A stretch of 33,262 bases of DNA from the NCBI RefSeq assembly GCF_001194135.2, contig NC_068983.1, positions 40,999,611-41,032,872 of the forward strand. The letters run 5' to 3'. Both the position numbers and the translations under genes were made by a program. Of this stretch, positions 11,588 through 22,907 are shown in pieces. The notes beneath the pieces are model-generated. The model saw only the letters and a list, made by a program, of their open reading frames with translations. It made no database searches and had not been told where the DNA came from. This stretch comes from Octopus bimaculoides. Taxonomy: Eukaryota. Within the stretch, counting starts at the first letter, position 1. Every line of letters starts with the position of its first letter.

Positions 11588-11652
11588 TGTATGTATGTAT
11601 TATGTATGTTTGTATGTATGTATGTATGTATTATGTATGTATTTATGTATGT
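11522..11652. repeat. (ATGT)n microsatellite
   Basis: Direct reading. Confidence 0.95.
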
Positions 11653-11681
11653 AAGCATTGTATTTTACTATACATTGCAAC

Positions 11682-11817
11682 AATTTGAAAATTAAAGGTG
11701 TCTATTTACTTTCTGCATGTCTGTGTAGATTGAAATTCACCGGTAGACTGCGACCAGAACGTCAAAGGCTCATTCGATTATATATGCAACATTTGATAAT
11801 CTGCGTCTGTAGTACAA
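11682..11817. mobile_element. Orphan terminal segment of the Tc1-like family at 18172-18840
   Basis: Reverse complement of 18172-18307, with 124/136 identities counted by eye. Confidence 0.85.
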
Positions 11818-12776
11818 TCGTATGTTTAATAAACATTTTTAAGTACGTTTCATGAGCATATTTATATCTTTAAACTTACTGGGAGAAAGAAATACCGTTG
11901 TAAAACCGCAGGGCATTCCACAGATAGATTCAAATATCTTTAAAGCCATCATCAGGACTCGTTGATTTATTTTCGGTTGCTGAGAGATCCGAAGTTAATT
12001 TATACATAACGAAAATGTGATTAGGCTTGACCCAATATTACAAGCCTAGCGCTTCCGATTTGGCCGGACCTACTGATTAATTTAAGTTAATTAATACAGT
12101 GTATACTAATTAAATTAATTAATGTGCACAGCGTATTAACACGCTTAGGGTTTATGAGGTAAAAATGGTAAACAGCTATGATGGTAAGCCGGACATGTAT
12201 TTCACTGCGAAACTAAAGGTAACGACACTCTTATTAAATATATAGATTACATATATAATTTTAATATCATAACAACAGTGATTGGGGGGGNNNNNNNNNN
12301 NNNNNNNNNNNNNNNNNNNNNNNNNNNNNNNNNNNNNNNNNNNNNNNNNNNNNNNNNNNNNNNNNNNNNNNNNNNNNNNNNNNNNNNNNNNNNNNNNNNN
12401 NNNNNNNNNNNNNNNNNNNNNNNNNNNNNNNNNNNNNNNNNNNNNNNNNNNNNNNNNNNNNNNNNNNNNNNNNNNNNNNNNNNNNNNNNNNNNNNNNNNN
12501 NNNNNNNNNNNNNNNNNNNNNNNNNNNNNNNNNNNNNNNNNNNNNNNNNNNNNNNNNNNNNNNNNNNNNNNNNNNNNNNNNNNNNNNNNNNNNNNNNNNN
12601 NNNNNNNNNNNNNNNNNNNNNNNNNNNNNNNNNNNNNNNNNNNNNNNNNNNNNNNNNNNNNNNNNNNNNNNNNNNNNNNNNNNNNNNNNNNNNNNNNNNN
12701 NNNNNNNNNNNNNNNNNNNNNNNNNNNNNNNNNNNNNNNNNNNNNNNNNNNNNNNNNNNNNNNNNNNNNNNNNNNN

Positions 12777-12808
<32 letters not shown>

Positions 12809-12832
12809 TGTGTATCTATATATGTATATATA

Positions 12833-12994
12833 TACGACGGGCTTCTTTCAGTTTCCGTCTCCCAACTCCACTCACAAGGCTTTGGTCGGCCTGAGGCTAT
12901 AGTAGATGACACTTGCCCAAGATGCCACGCGGTGGAAATGAACCCGGAACCATGTGGTTGGGAAGTAAGCGTCTTACCATACAGCCACACCTGC
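12833..12994 (-). mobile_element. SINE family A
   Basis: Reverse complement has GGCTGTATGGTAAG (A box), GGTTCATTTCC (B-box-like), CTTGGGCAAGTGTC and the GGAAACTGAAAGAAGCCCGTCGTATA end, followed by a microsatellite. Confidence 0.9.
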
Positions 12995-13323
12995 ATGTAC
13001 ACACACTTATATACGTGTATCCTTTAATCTACTAAGATAGGAACAATTAATAGCTTCTTGCTATTAAAATTTGTATAATGTGCCTTATAGAGTTTGCACA
13101 CGGTGTTATTGAATCGAGGGTTTTATTGGAATGACCAATTTTAAATACTATTGGAACTTATTCACATGTTACTGGAATCTTATATGTATACAATTCTGCC
13201 TAAATAATGGATCTACAAGTGCAATATCCCTACATATCTCACGTCTATTTTCATTCCTCCACTTCACTATCTATTTCTTATCTTATCTAGAATAACTATT
13301 GCTTAACCATTCTGTCTCTCACC

Positions 13324-13369
13324 GTCTCCGATGAAGGGGTATATAAAATATCCCGAAACAGCTGTAAGA
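13324..13369 (+). ncRNA. Minimal type I hammerhead ribozyme relic (U4C), probably a Penelope-like tail
   Basis: GTCT-CCGATGA-A-GGGGTAT-ATAA-ATATCCC-GAAA-C-AGCT-GTA-AGAC. Stem I is GTCT/AGAC, stem II is a 7-bp hairpin, and stem III is palindromic ACAGCTGT. The core reads CCGATGA instead of CTGANGA. Confidence 0.6.
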
Positions 13370-13412
13370 CTTATTTATAAATGTTCTAAATTCTTTCACA
13401 GCCTTGTATATA

Positions 13413-13836
13413 CCGTAAATTCTTGAGTATAATCCGCACTTTTTCCCCAAAATTTAAACGTCAAAATTTCTAGTGCGTACTATATACGAGGTTAAAGAAG
13501 AAAAATATTTTCTAAGCAAAATTTTCTAAGTGATAAATATGTAAAGGCATTTACTTAATATTTATTTTTCACTGGCGTTATTACTGTTATTTCTTTATTT
13601 TCTGCAAACAAAGTACACAAAAAAGCTACATGTTTTCATTATGTTATACATACAATAATGATAAAGGACGTTACCGTGTATACCTTTACAAACCAAGGAC
13701 GTTATATACACTTCCTTGACTCAAGTTAGAGAAGGGGTGCGTATTATACACAAGGTTTAGGTTCTTTCGAAGTACAGCCTCCTAAAAATCCCCTGCGTAT
13801 TATACTTAAGGGCGTACTATACTTGAGGATTTACGA
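13413..13836. mobile_element. Tc2/pogo-like MITE, 424 bp, flanked by TA
   Basis: Left end TA|CCGTAAATTCTTGAGTATAATCCGCAC and right end GGCGTACTATACTTGAGGATTTACGA|TA (19/26 complementary). Internal copies of the GCGTA(C/T)TATA motif occur near 13465, 13740 and 13795. No ORF. Confidence 0.75.
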
Positions 13837-13994
13837 TATATGTGTGTGTGTGTGTGTACAAAGTATGGGGGTTTAGAACACAGGTGATCTAAATGATTAG
13901 GTACGCTAGGTAAGTGCTGTAACGGATTACTGGGGATCCAGGGTTATAGCCGAGACGGTAGTTATGGAGCCATTGCAGATTTCCGATGCAGCAG

Positions 13995-14131
13995 ATATAT
14001 AATTGTTAAACAGGACGTCAAACATTAAGGCAAAGCAAACATCTCAACATTTCTTCCTATAATAATATTGTATAGGTACTGAGATGTTTGCCTTGCCTTA
14101 ATGTTTGCGGTCTTGTTTAACAATTATATAT
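13995..14131. repeat. Near-perfect inverted repeat: 52-bp arms and 33-nt loop
   Basis: 13995-14046 versus 14080-14131 show 4 mismatches. An inner CCTATA/TATAGG stem lies in the loop. Confidence 0.95.
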
Positions 14132-14161
14132 ACATATATATATATATATATGTATGTATGT

Positions 14162-14230
<69 letters not shown>

Positions 14231-14557
14231 CAAATAGATAGATAGATATGTGTACGTATTTATATGTAAGCGTGTGTGCATGCGTGTGTAATGCACAGAG
14301 ACTTCTTATCTATGTTTTAATGGCGATCAACCGATTGTTAACACATTCTAGTGTATATATCTTGCTGAGTGGTAGGAAACGTGCTGCGAAAGGGGGTTCA
14401 TAAAAGAAAGAGGAGTGATGGTGTCCCTTAGTACCAGCCTGCCCGTGACCTGTTTCATTTCTATGACATCATTTTCCGGTTTTAAAGTAATCTGAATTAA
14501 AATCTTCCATTAAAAGATTCATGCTAATATCTTCCGAACTCTAGATTAAGAATGAGT

Positions 14558-14709
14558 GGAGGCGCAATGGCCCAATCGTTAGGGCAGTGGACTCGCGGTA
14601 GGAGGATCGCAGATTCGATTCCCAGACCGAGCGGTGTGTGTTTATTGAACGACAACACCTAAAAGTTCCACAAGGCTCCGGCAGGTTGTGGTGGCGACCC
14701 CTGTTGTAC
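14558..14709 (+). mobile_element. tRNA-derived SINE family C head
   Basis: GGAGGCGCAATGGCCCAATCGTTAGGGCAGTGGACTCGCGG...GATTCGATTCCCAG shows A and B boxes with tRNA spacing, followed by non-tRNA sequence. Confidence 0.75.
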
Positions 14710-14837
14710 AAAAGAAACCGATAGAATAAGTGCTAGGCTTACAAAGAATAAATTTTGGGGTCGATTTCTTCGACTAGAAAACACTCTAAGGCGGTGCTCC
14801 TGCATGACCACAGTGAAATGAATGAAACAAAATAAAA

Positions 14838-14840
<3 letters not shown>
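14710..14840 (+). mobile_element. SINE 3' module (same as the distal part of 21688-22006) with (TA)n tail
   Basis: ATAGAATAAG...GGGGTCGATTTCTTCGACTA...AAGGCGGTGCTCCTGCATGACC...GAAACAAAATAAAAG is similar to the reverse complement of 21688-21800. Confidence 0.65.
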
Positions 14841-14876
<36 letters not shown>

Positions 14877-15817
14877 TATATACATATATTTACCCGGACA
14901 TGAGGCTATGATTCTCACTTTATCAAAATTCATCAACGAGGATAAGTCACTATTTAAAGTTCTCGTTTCTGATTATAAACACTAAGGTTTTCACACATTG
15001 GAAAATGAAATCATCGCAGATTGAAAGCGAATTGTGTGTGTGGAGTGGGCGATGTGATTGTTTGTGACAATATGGCTTCTACAGGTTTGAAAAATTCGAA
15101 AGGAATGAGCGAATACAAAGAAGATATGACGAAGAATTTCTTTGATAAATTGAGGTTGTGGCCAGGAATGCAGACATTCATGCATACATATAAAGATATA
15201 TGCATACATACACGTATGTATGTGTACATAAGTATATGTATATCTGCATATACATATACATACAAACGCAGGCCCACTAACACACACACACACACACACA
15301 TCAGAATATTATTATGTTAAATGGCGAGTCTGTTATAAATTGCCTTCTAAAAAACAGTGTATAATGCGCAAAAGTAAAGAATCGTGCACACATGTATGCA
15401 CATGTATATATATATGTATATATATGTCTGTGTATAAGTATACATACACGTGTGTATAAGTATGCATGTATGTATATACATACATACATACATACATACA
15501 TACATACATGTGTGTATGTGTGTGAGGGTGTGTTGAATAAGTATATAAATTGCTTCTTGTGAAAAGATACACACGAGTAGGTGTATTATATTTTATAAAT
15601 TGAATTCTGAATTCAATGGAGCAACGGAGATAACTAGAAGGAGATGTATGTCGAACAAAAATTAAAAAAACAAAAAACTTTAAAAAATGATGGTGAGATT
15701 ACCGAAGAAAGAGAGAGAGGGAGAGGAAGGCGATGAAGGAACTTATAGAGGGAGGATGTAAAATGAGAGATGAGCGCTCAGAGAGAAGATGAAACCAAGA
15801 GGATGGCTTGAAAAGAA

Positions 15818-15966
15818 AGTGGTTGTGTGGTAAGTAGCATGCTTACCAACCACATGGTCCTGGGTTCAGTCCCACTGCGTGGGACCTTGTCCAAGTGTCT
15901 TCTATAGCCTCGGGTTGACCAAAGCCTTGTAAGTGAATTTAGACGGAAACTGAAAGAAGCCCGTCG

Positions 15967-15970
<4 letters not shown>
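15818..15970 (+). mobile_element. SINE family A with (GT)n tail
   Basis: TGGTTGTGTGGTAAG A box, GGGTTCAGTCCC B box, ACCTTGTCCAAGTGTC and the GAAGCCCGTCGTATA end. Confidence 0.92.
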
Positions 15971-16028
<58 letters not shown>

Positions 16029-16037
16029 TGTGTGCAT

Positions 16038-16270
16038 GTTTTTAAACAGTAAGGAAACTGAAAGTTCAACTAAACCTACCTTACCTTGTAATCTGGCGCT
16101 TTCGTATTTCTTCAGCCCTCAACAGTCTCACTTCTACAATACTTGCGTAACTATCTGATTATCATCGCCATTTCCTCCCGTCAATCTTCCTGGGTCTGTC
16201 ACTTGTTTGAAAACCTTAACCTGTCCCTTATGTCTCTGGCTTCACACAAATTACCTTACTGTTTAAAAAC
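16038..16270. repeat. 233-bp segment bounded by a perfect 17-bp inverted repeat
   Basis: GTTTTTAAACAGTAAGG (16038-16054) and CCTTACTGTTTAAAAAC (16254-16270). Confidence 0.7.
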
Positions 16271-16721
16271 CGTAACCCTTTCACATAAATTCCCGACTGA
16301 ACACTTTCTTTCTTGTCACCTGATACCGTCGTTGTCAATCAAGCCGTAACAATTTCACTTCTCTATATATTTCCACTATTGTAACTACTTTCTCATTTTC
16401 ATTTAATCAGCTCTTGATCATCAAAAACAGTTGGAATGTAAAGTACACAGATGTTATACGTCTAAATGAAATATTAGGCCAGTTTTTGTCTTAAATTTTT
16501 CTTAAAAAGTTTACAAGTATTTTAACGTCATTGCACATTTTCACCTATATTNNNNNNNNNNNNNNNNNNNNNNNNNNNNNNNNNNNNNNNNNNNNNNNNN
16601 NNNNNNNNNNNNNNNNNNNNNNNNNNNNNNNNNNNNNNNNNNNNNNNNNNNNNNNNNNNNNNNNNNNNNNNNNNNNNNNNNNNNNNNNNNNNNNNNNNNN
16701 NNNNNNNNNNNNTATATATAT

Positions 16722-16776
<55 letters not shown>

Positions 16777-17870
16777 TAGATATAGATATAGATATAGATA
16801 TAGATATTGTATAAGTGTGTGTTGTGTGTGTTTGTGCATGCCTGTATGTATGTCTTTATACGCTTTAACAAACACGCACGCATACATTTATGTACACGTG
16901 TATCTGTGTGTGCTTATGGCTATTTCTGTACCTATAGATGTTGTGTGTTTGTGTGCGTGCGAAGATTTTTATGTGTGTGTATAATTCATACATACAAATA
17001 TTCTATATGTTCACAAACACACGCGCATGCGAACACAAAAACGCTCTTACACACACACACACACACACTTACAGAGAGACTGAGAGACACAATGAGGGAG
17101 CAATAGAGAGAAAGACAGAGAGAGAGCAATGATAAACACAGGGAAAGATGAAGAGGAGAGAGGGAGACATACAATCCCCTAGAAGTTAGTTCAACTATAT
17201 TTAGATGACAGAGCCAGTAAAAATCTATATAAAGATCTTAATTTCGTCCATTTTAATCACCTGGGATAGATGGGTTGTGATAACACAAGCGTATTAAATT
17301 TCGTCCAAATTTCAGCTGGCTGGCGGACATCTTGGTTTCTCCAGTGTTGGGAAAACAAACGACAACGTTGAGAAACAGAAGCAATTAAAAGTAGGACTAT
17401 AAACATATCTAGTATGTACAGTGTGGTTGTATCGTCTGGTTACATATCGGAGTCGGTAGTGTTTGTAGTGGTAAACCATGGCACTTGTTGCTTTGGTGGT
17501 GTTGGTGGTAGTGGTGGTAAAGGTAGTGGTGACAAAGTTAATGTGGTTGTTGTTGTTGGTGGTGGTGGTGGTTTTGGTGGTGGTGGTGGTGGTGGTGGTG
17601 GTGGNNNNNNNNNNNNNNNNNNNNNNNNNNNNNNNNNNNNNNNNNNNNNNNNNNNNNNNNNNNNNNNNNNNNNNNNNNNNNNNNNNNNNNNNNNNNNNNN
17701 NNNNNNNNNNNNNNNNNNNNNNNNNNNNNNNNNNNNNNNNNNNNNNNNNNNNNNNNNNNNNNNNNNNNNNNNNNNNNNNNNNNNNNNNNNNNNNNNNNNN
17801 NNNNNNNNNNNNNNNNNNNNNNNNNNNNNGTAGTAGTAGTAGTAGTAGCAGCAGCAGCAGCAGCAGGAGC

Positions 17871-17930
<60 letters not shown>

Positions 17931-18171
17931 TCTTAAGTTTCGACTGGTGAAGTTTCGGTCCGTCAATTCTTGATTGAATAAACTGTAGTTTGTCTGCCCC
18001 CCACGAAGCTGAAGAGAAGGAAAATCCCCAGCAGAAGAACCAAACTTCATCCTAAAACATAGTCTTCGTTTACATTAAGAAAGAAACCTGCTTCAGAAAC
18101 TAACAAACTAAGCAACACTTATACTTTAATCGCCTTCATTATGCATGGCTTAATCAAACTCCTTCATTCAC

Positions 18172-18840
18172 TTGTACTACAGACGGAAATTATCAAATCT
18201 TGCATATATAATCGACGGAGCCATTGACGTTCTGGTGGCAGTCTACCGGCGAATTTCAATCTACGCAGACATGCAGGAAATAAATAGACACCTTTAATTT
18301 TCAAAATATTTTATTTGATATGAATTGGTTGAAGGAGAACTCTTCTTCTAGCTGTTTGTCCATATTACCCAATCTTATGCAGATATACAACACACGATAT
18401 TGGACTAACTTCTCGCTGTTTTGCAATGTCAGAAGCCTTCGAACGGGGTTCGTTTTCCACAATTCTCTTCAGACAGTAATGCTTCCTTTCCGAGGGCCCA
18501 GGTCGGCCGGGACGAGAGTCTGTTGATTCTTTTCCTTGGCTTTTGAATTGCACTATAATTCTATTAGTAGTAACAAGAGGAATTTGAAGATTTTCGGCAA
18601 TTTTTCGCTGGCTAAGACCAGCCTCAGATTGCCCAACAATACGACCTTTTTGAAATCTGACAGTTCTGCTGAATTTTTTGTGCATGGCATAGTTACTCTT
18701 CACCAATGTTTAATATTATGGCACCTGGAATGAAAAAGAATAATTACATCGTAAATTCTACACCGCTGAAAACGTATTAAGACGCTTAGATCAGAAATTT
18801 TGAAAATTAAAGGTGTCTATTCACTTCCTGCATGTATGTG
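18172..18840 (-). mobile_element. Internally deleted Tc1-like transposon with N-terminal HTH transposase remnant (ORF 18365-18706)
   Basis: KGRIVGQSEAGLSQRKIAENL...RIIVQFKSQG...SRPGRP is a paired-like HTH with a GRPR-like motif. Inverted repeats lie at 18264-18307 and 18797-18840 (40/44). No DDE domain is present. Confidence 0.88.
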
Positions 18841-18889
18841 CATATCCTTAATTCTCGCCACTTCTCGTGCTATCTCCTTATTACTCGTT

Positions 18890-19690
18890 AGTTTACTCAG
18901 CATACCAAGAATAGATCGAATAGATCATGCATCAGTATATTTCACGAAGATTTGAAGAAAACATTAATATTGAAATGGAGAAGCCTCTCTTGGATTCGTG
19001 ACCGATACATCACATCACACTTCGAAGGCTATGTACCTGCAATCCAGGAACAGGAGATTGCTACTAAATACATAATACAAAAATACTAAAGCTCTTAGAG
19101 TTCCAAGCTGGAACCGAAAATGGAGATTATGTCATATTTCTATGGAAGATATCACAGATGTGATTAGCAGCTGTCCCAAAACGTTATCATTCTACTACAA
19201 CCCAATGGAACACGACGTGGTCGCAAAAACAGTACACAATGCCATTCGGAATAAAATACCGTCCTGGAATAAATATAGAGAATCCCCTTTGTTTTTGAAT
19301 ACATACACAAACATCAACACAAGAAATACTGGTGGAACATTCCCATCAAAATATCTGTCAAGTATAAGCATGATAGGCAGGATATTTTGTTCGGGACAGA
19401 CAAGATTAAGTATGTAGAAGTTAGCTGTCCTGCTGATGTGAGTATCCCGCTGGAAATCAAAAAGAAGTAGGATAACTAAAAGTCCTTCTTTTATATTCAG
19501 ATTACAAATTTATCCCTATACCAACAATAATTAGTGCACTTGATTTAGTGAGTAAATACCTAACTGACAGAGTGGATAAGCTTATATTTTCAGAAAAAGA
19601 AATCAACCAACTAACTCATGCATTGCAAATACAATCTATAAGTGGAACAATAAAAATATGCAAGAATTTTTCTCAAGTTTATAATGTAAC
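18890..19690 (+). pseudogene. RLE non-LTR retrotransposon (family 2) 3' fragment
   Basis: SLSWIRDRYITSHFEGYVPAIQEQEIATKY, EDITDVISSCPK, EHDVVAKTVHNAIR, YWWNIPIK, VEVSCPADVSI and FSEKEINQLTHALQIQSISGTIKICK. Confidence 0.88.
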
Positions 19691-19961
19691 GTTGTTTTCG
19701 TTATCTATTTTCAAATGGTGGAGCTTTGTATCTTTGTTAGAAACTAACTCCTTCCTCTGAGGAATGATTTAAATAATTAAAAGCAGAAGGGAACATACAT
19801 GCATATGGGTATATATTTGTCTATATATATGTACACCGGTATGTCCAGGTATGAAAACATGAATATCTATCATTCCAAATTGCAACGGCAGTACACATAT
19901 TTGTATATAGTGTTATCGTGTACATATACATACACACACACACACACGCACTTATATATAT

Positions 19962-19992
<31 letters not shown>

Positions 19993-21048
19993 CTTATACA
20001 TCCATCCTCCATCCATTCATCCATACATATATAGTGTATATATAGCGTGTATATAGTGTTAGCGTGTATATACATATATATATATATATACTTATATATA
20101 TANNNNNNNNNNNNNNNNNNNNNNNNNNNNNNNNNNNNNNNNNNNNNNNNNNNNNNNNNNNNNNNNNNNNNNNNNNNNNNNNNNNNNNNNNNNNNNNNNN
20201 NNNNNNNNNNNNNNNNNNNNNNNNNNNNNNNNNNNNNNNNNNNNNNNNNNNNNNNNNNNNNNNNNNNNNNNNNNNNNNNNNNNNNNNNNNNNNNNNNNNN
20301 NNNNNNNNNNNNNNNNNNNNNNNNNNNNNNNNNNNNNNNNNNNNNNNNNNNNNNNNNNNNNNNNNNNNNNNNNNNNNNNNNNNNNNNNNNNNNNNNNNNN
20401 NNNNNNNNNNNNNNNNNNNNNNNNNNNNNNNNNNNNNNNNNNNNNNNNNNNNNNNNNNNNNNNNNNNNNNNNNNNNNNNNNNNNNNNNNNNNNNNNNNNN
20501 NNNNNNNNNNNNNNNNNNNNNNNNNNNNNNNNNNNNNNNNNNNNNNNNNNNNNNNNNNNNNNNNNNNNNNNNNNNNNNNNNNNNNNNNNNNNNNNNNNNN
20601 NNNNNNNNNNNNNNNNNNNNNNNNNNNNNNNNNNNNNNNNNNNNNNNNNNNNNNNNNNNNNNNNNNNNNNNNNNNNNNNNNNNNNNNNNNNNNNNNNNNN
20701 NNNNNNNNNNNNNNNNNNNNNNNNNNNNNNNNNNNNNNNNNNNNNNNNNNNNNNNNNNNNNNNNNNNNNNNNNNNNNNNNNNNNNNNNNNNNNNNNNNNN
20801 NNNNNNNNNNNNNNNNNNNNNNNNNNNNNNNNNNNNNNNNNNNNNNNNNNNNNNNNNNNNNNNNNNNNNNNNNNNNNNNNNNNNNNNNNNNNNNNNNNNN
20901 NNNNNNGGTGGTGGTGGTGGTGGTGACGACGACGATGACGATGATGATGAAGATGATGATGATGGCGAAGATGGTGATGATGCTCTTGTTCCTTGCCCAT
21001 GCTGTACTGTTCTTGTTTAGTCCTAGGACAGCGCAGTTTAGAGAACCA

Positions 21049-21068
21049 TTATCATCATCATCATCATT

Positions 21069-21101
<33 letters not shown>

Positions 21102-21130
21102 TTCATCATCATCATCTTCATCATCATCAT
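21049..21130. repeat. (CAT)n microsatellite
   Basis: Direct reading. Confidence 0.95.
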
Positions 21131-21687
21131 CCAAATTATCACTCTCACCATCATCATGGTAAATTGTTTGAAGATCGTTCTCAAAGAGGATTTCAAGAAC
21201 TTTATTTACATGATCAGGCGGTTGGTCACCCTCAACCAAATTTTGTTTAGTTTTCAACACTCATCATATTGTCCCTCTCGACCAGCACCGTGTCTATGAA
21301 GGACCTAACAAAAGGAGGTTTTCTAAGCTTCAGAACAAATTTGGTGCAATTATGTTGCTTGGGTTTGTTAGCCATTGCACAAATTCCAAAGTCATTCTCA
21401 TACAACGTCAAAAAAAAAAAAATCGTGTAATAATGGAACACGGCTAGAGACACTTGAAGCCTATTCACAGATTGATTCAAAAGGCTGGCTACCAATGAGG
21501 GTCAGCAGCGCAGGCAGTTCTTTTCAACAGTATAATCCATAGTACACGTAGATCGGAAACTTTCTGATAAGGCCTCGGTGTTTCTTGGGGACTAAATAAC
21601 AGTAACATTCTTCCCTTTCCTGGGTTTGCCACATTAAGTTGGCAACATAACATCACTTTAGAAAATGGTGTTTTATCTTTTTTTTAT

Positions 21688-22006
21688 TTTTTACTTGTTT
21701 CGGTCATCAGGGTGTACCCATGCTGGGGCATCACCTTGGTGAATTTTTAGTCGAATGAATCGATGCCAGTGCTATTTTAAATCCTGATACTTATTCTAAC
21801 AGCTAAGTCACAAGGACATAAACATGCCAACACCGGTTGTTAAGCGGTGGTCTAGGACAAAGATATACTGAGTTTCCGTCTGCAAAATCCACTCACAAGG
21901 CTTTGGTAGACCCGAGGCTGTAGAAGACACTTACTCCAAGTGCCACGTGGTGGGACTGAACTCGAAACCATGTGGTTTCGGAAGCAAGCTTCTTACCACA
22001 CAGCCA
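21688..22006 (-). mobile_element. Long SINE family A copy (head plus 3' module)
   Basis: The head at 22006-21870 aligns with 15818-15970, and the distal part aligns with 14710-14840. Confidence 0.85.
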
Positions 22007-22029
22007 AGAAACTAATGTCGATAGGATGT

Positions 22030-22485
22030 GTAGCCTCTCTTGGACTTGTAGCTGTTCAATCACGTCACGTTTTGAACGTCATATTGCTGCAATCCAAGAA
22101 CCGGAGATAACTGCATAATATCTATTGAATAAAAGAGGTGGGGAAACGCTAAAATCCCAAGATGGCACCGAAAATATCGATTATGTCACATTTCTGAGGA
22201 AGATAAGCAGCTGTCTAAGAATGTCATAAAAGCGTTACTTCCCGATGCAGCATGGAATTGCTGAAACAATATACAATGCTATCCATCTGAAAGACAGCCC
22301 TGGAATAAATATATACAATGTTTCTGTTATTGAATAAATATATGAATTTTCAACAGAATGAAGGAATATCGGTGGAGCATTACGATCAAGAATTCTTCAG
22401 CTAAATGCAAAGCATACAAGGCCTGATATAGTTGTTTGGAATGTAAAAGAAGAAACTATCAAATGTTTGTTGCTCTGCAGATCTA
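22030..22485 (+). pseudogene. Third, most decayed fragment of RLE LINE family 2
   Basis: AGCCTCTCTTGG is shared with the 18983 region. AAIQEPEI, ISSC, AETIYNAI, EYRWSI and PDIVVWNVKEE occur in the same order as in the other two copies. Confidence 0.75.
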
Positions 22486-22513
22486 AGTGGAAAGATTATC
22501 TTCATGGATTATA

Positions 22514-22657
22514 GGCGCGGGTGTGAGTGTGTGGTAAAAACATTGCTTCTCAACCATGCGGTGTTGGATTCAATTCCAATGTGCAGCACTATGTGTAGCT
22601 CTAAGTCGGTCAAAGCCATGTGAGTAAATTTGGTCGATGGAAACTGAGTGAAGCCCA
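22514..22657 (+). mobile_element. SINE family A, degenerate
   Basis: GGCGCGGGTGTGAGTGTGTGGTAA...GGATTCAATTCC...AAAGCCATGTGAGTAAATTTGGTCGATGGAAACTGAG. Confidence 0.8.
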
Positions 22658-22907
22658 CTTATGCAATTATGTACATATGTATGTATATGTATGTGTATAT
22701 ATGCAGCAATAAGAAAATATAGGGGATCAAGATGTAGTATTCATCAACTTTTAGACATTATATTATGTCTATTTATTAAAAAAAAACAATTATAACAATA
22801 TGCATACATGTATAACATATTATGCTTTACATATATAATATATAAAATATGAAAATATCAGTAATTATTAAAATACATAACGTACAACATAGAAAGTAGA
22901 ATAGTAT

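Noticed and set aside
14558-14630. tRNA gene
   Set aside because: It has A and B boxes but no complete acceptor stem or T-tract terminator, and it continues into SINE body. The same applies to the other SINE heads.
16080-16090. Minus-strand donor AAG|GTAAGG
   Set aside because: It lies inside the IR-bounded repeat and has no matching acceptor.
17414-18050. Gly-rich, Thr-rich or His-rich ORFs
   Set aside because: These are trinucleotide microsatellites bridged by an N gap, with no coherent splice sites.
19750-19790. Fourth hammerhead (CTGAGGA flanked by CCTTC and GAAGG)
   Set aside because: The GAAAC and NUH elements are missing; at most a deleted relic.
19821-21495. Acidic minus-strand ORF (KTKQNLVEGDQPPDHVNKVLEILFEND-polyD)
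   Set aside because: The poly-D is a (CAT)n repeat, the ORF is inflated by 805 N, and there is no convincing acceptor/donor pair or recognisable domain.
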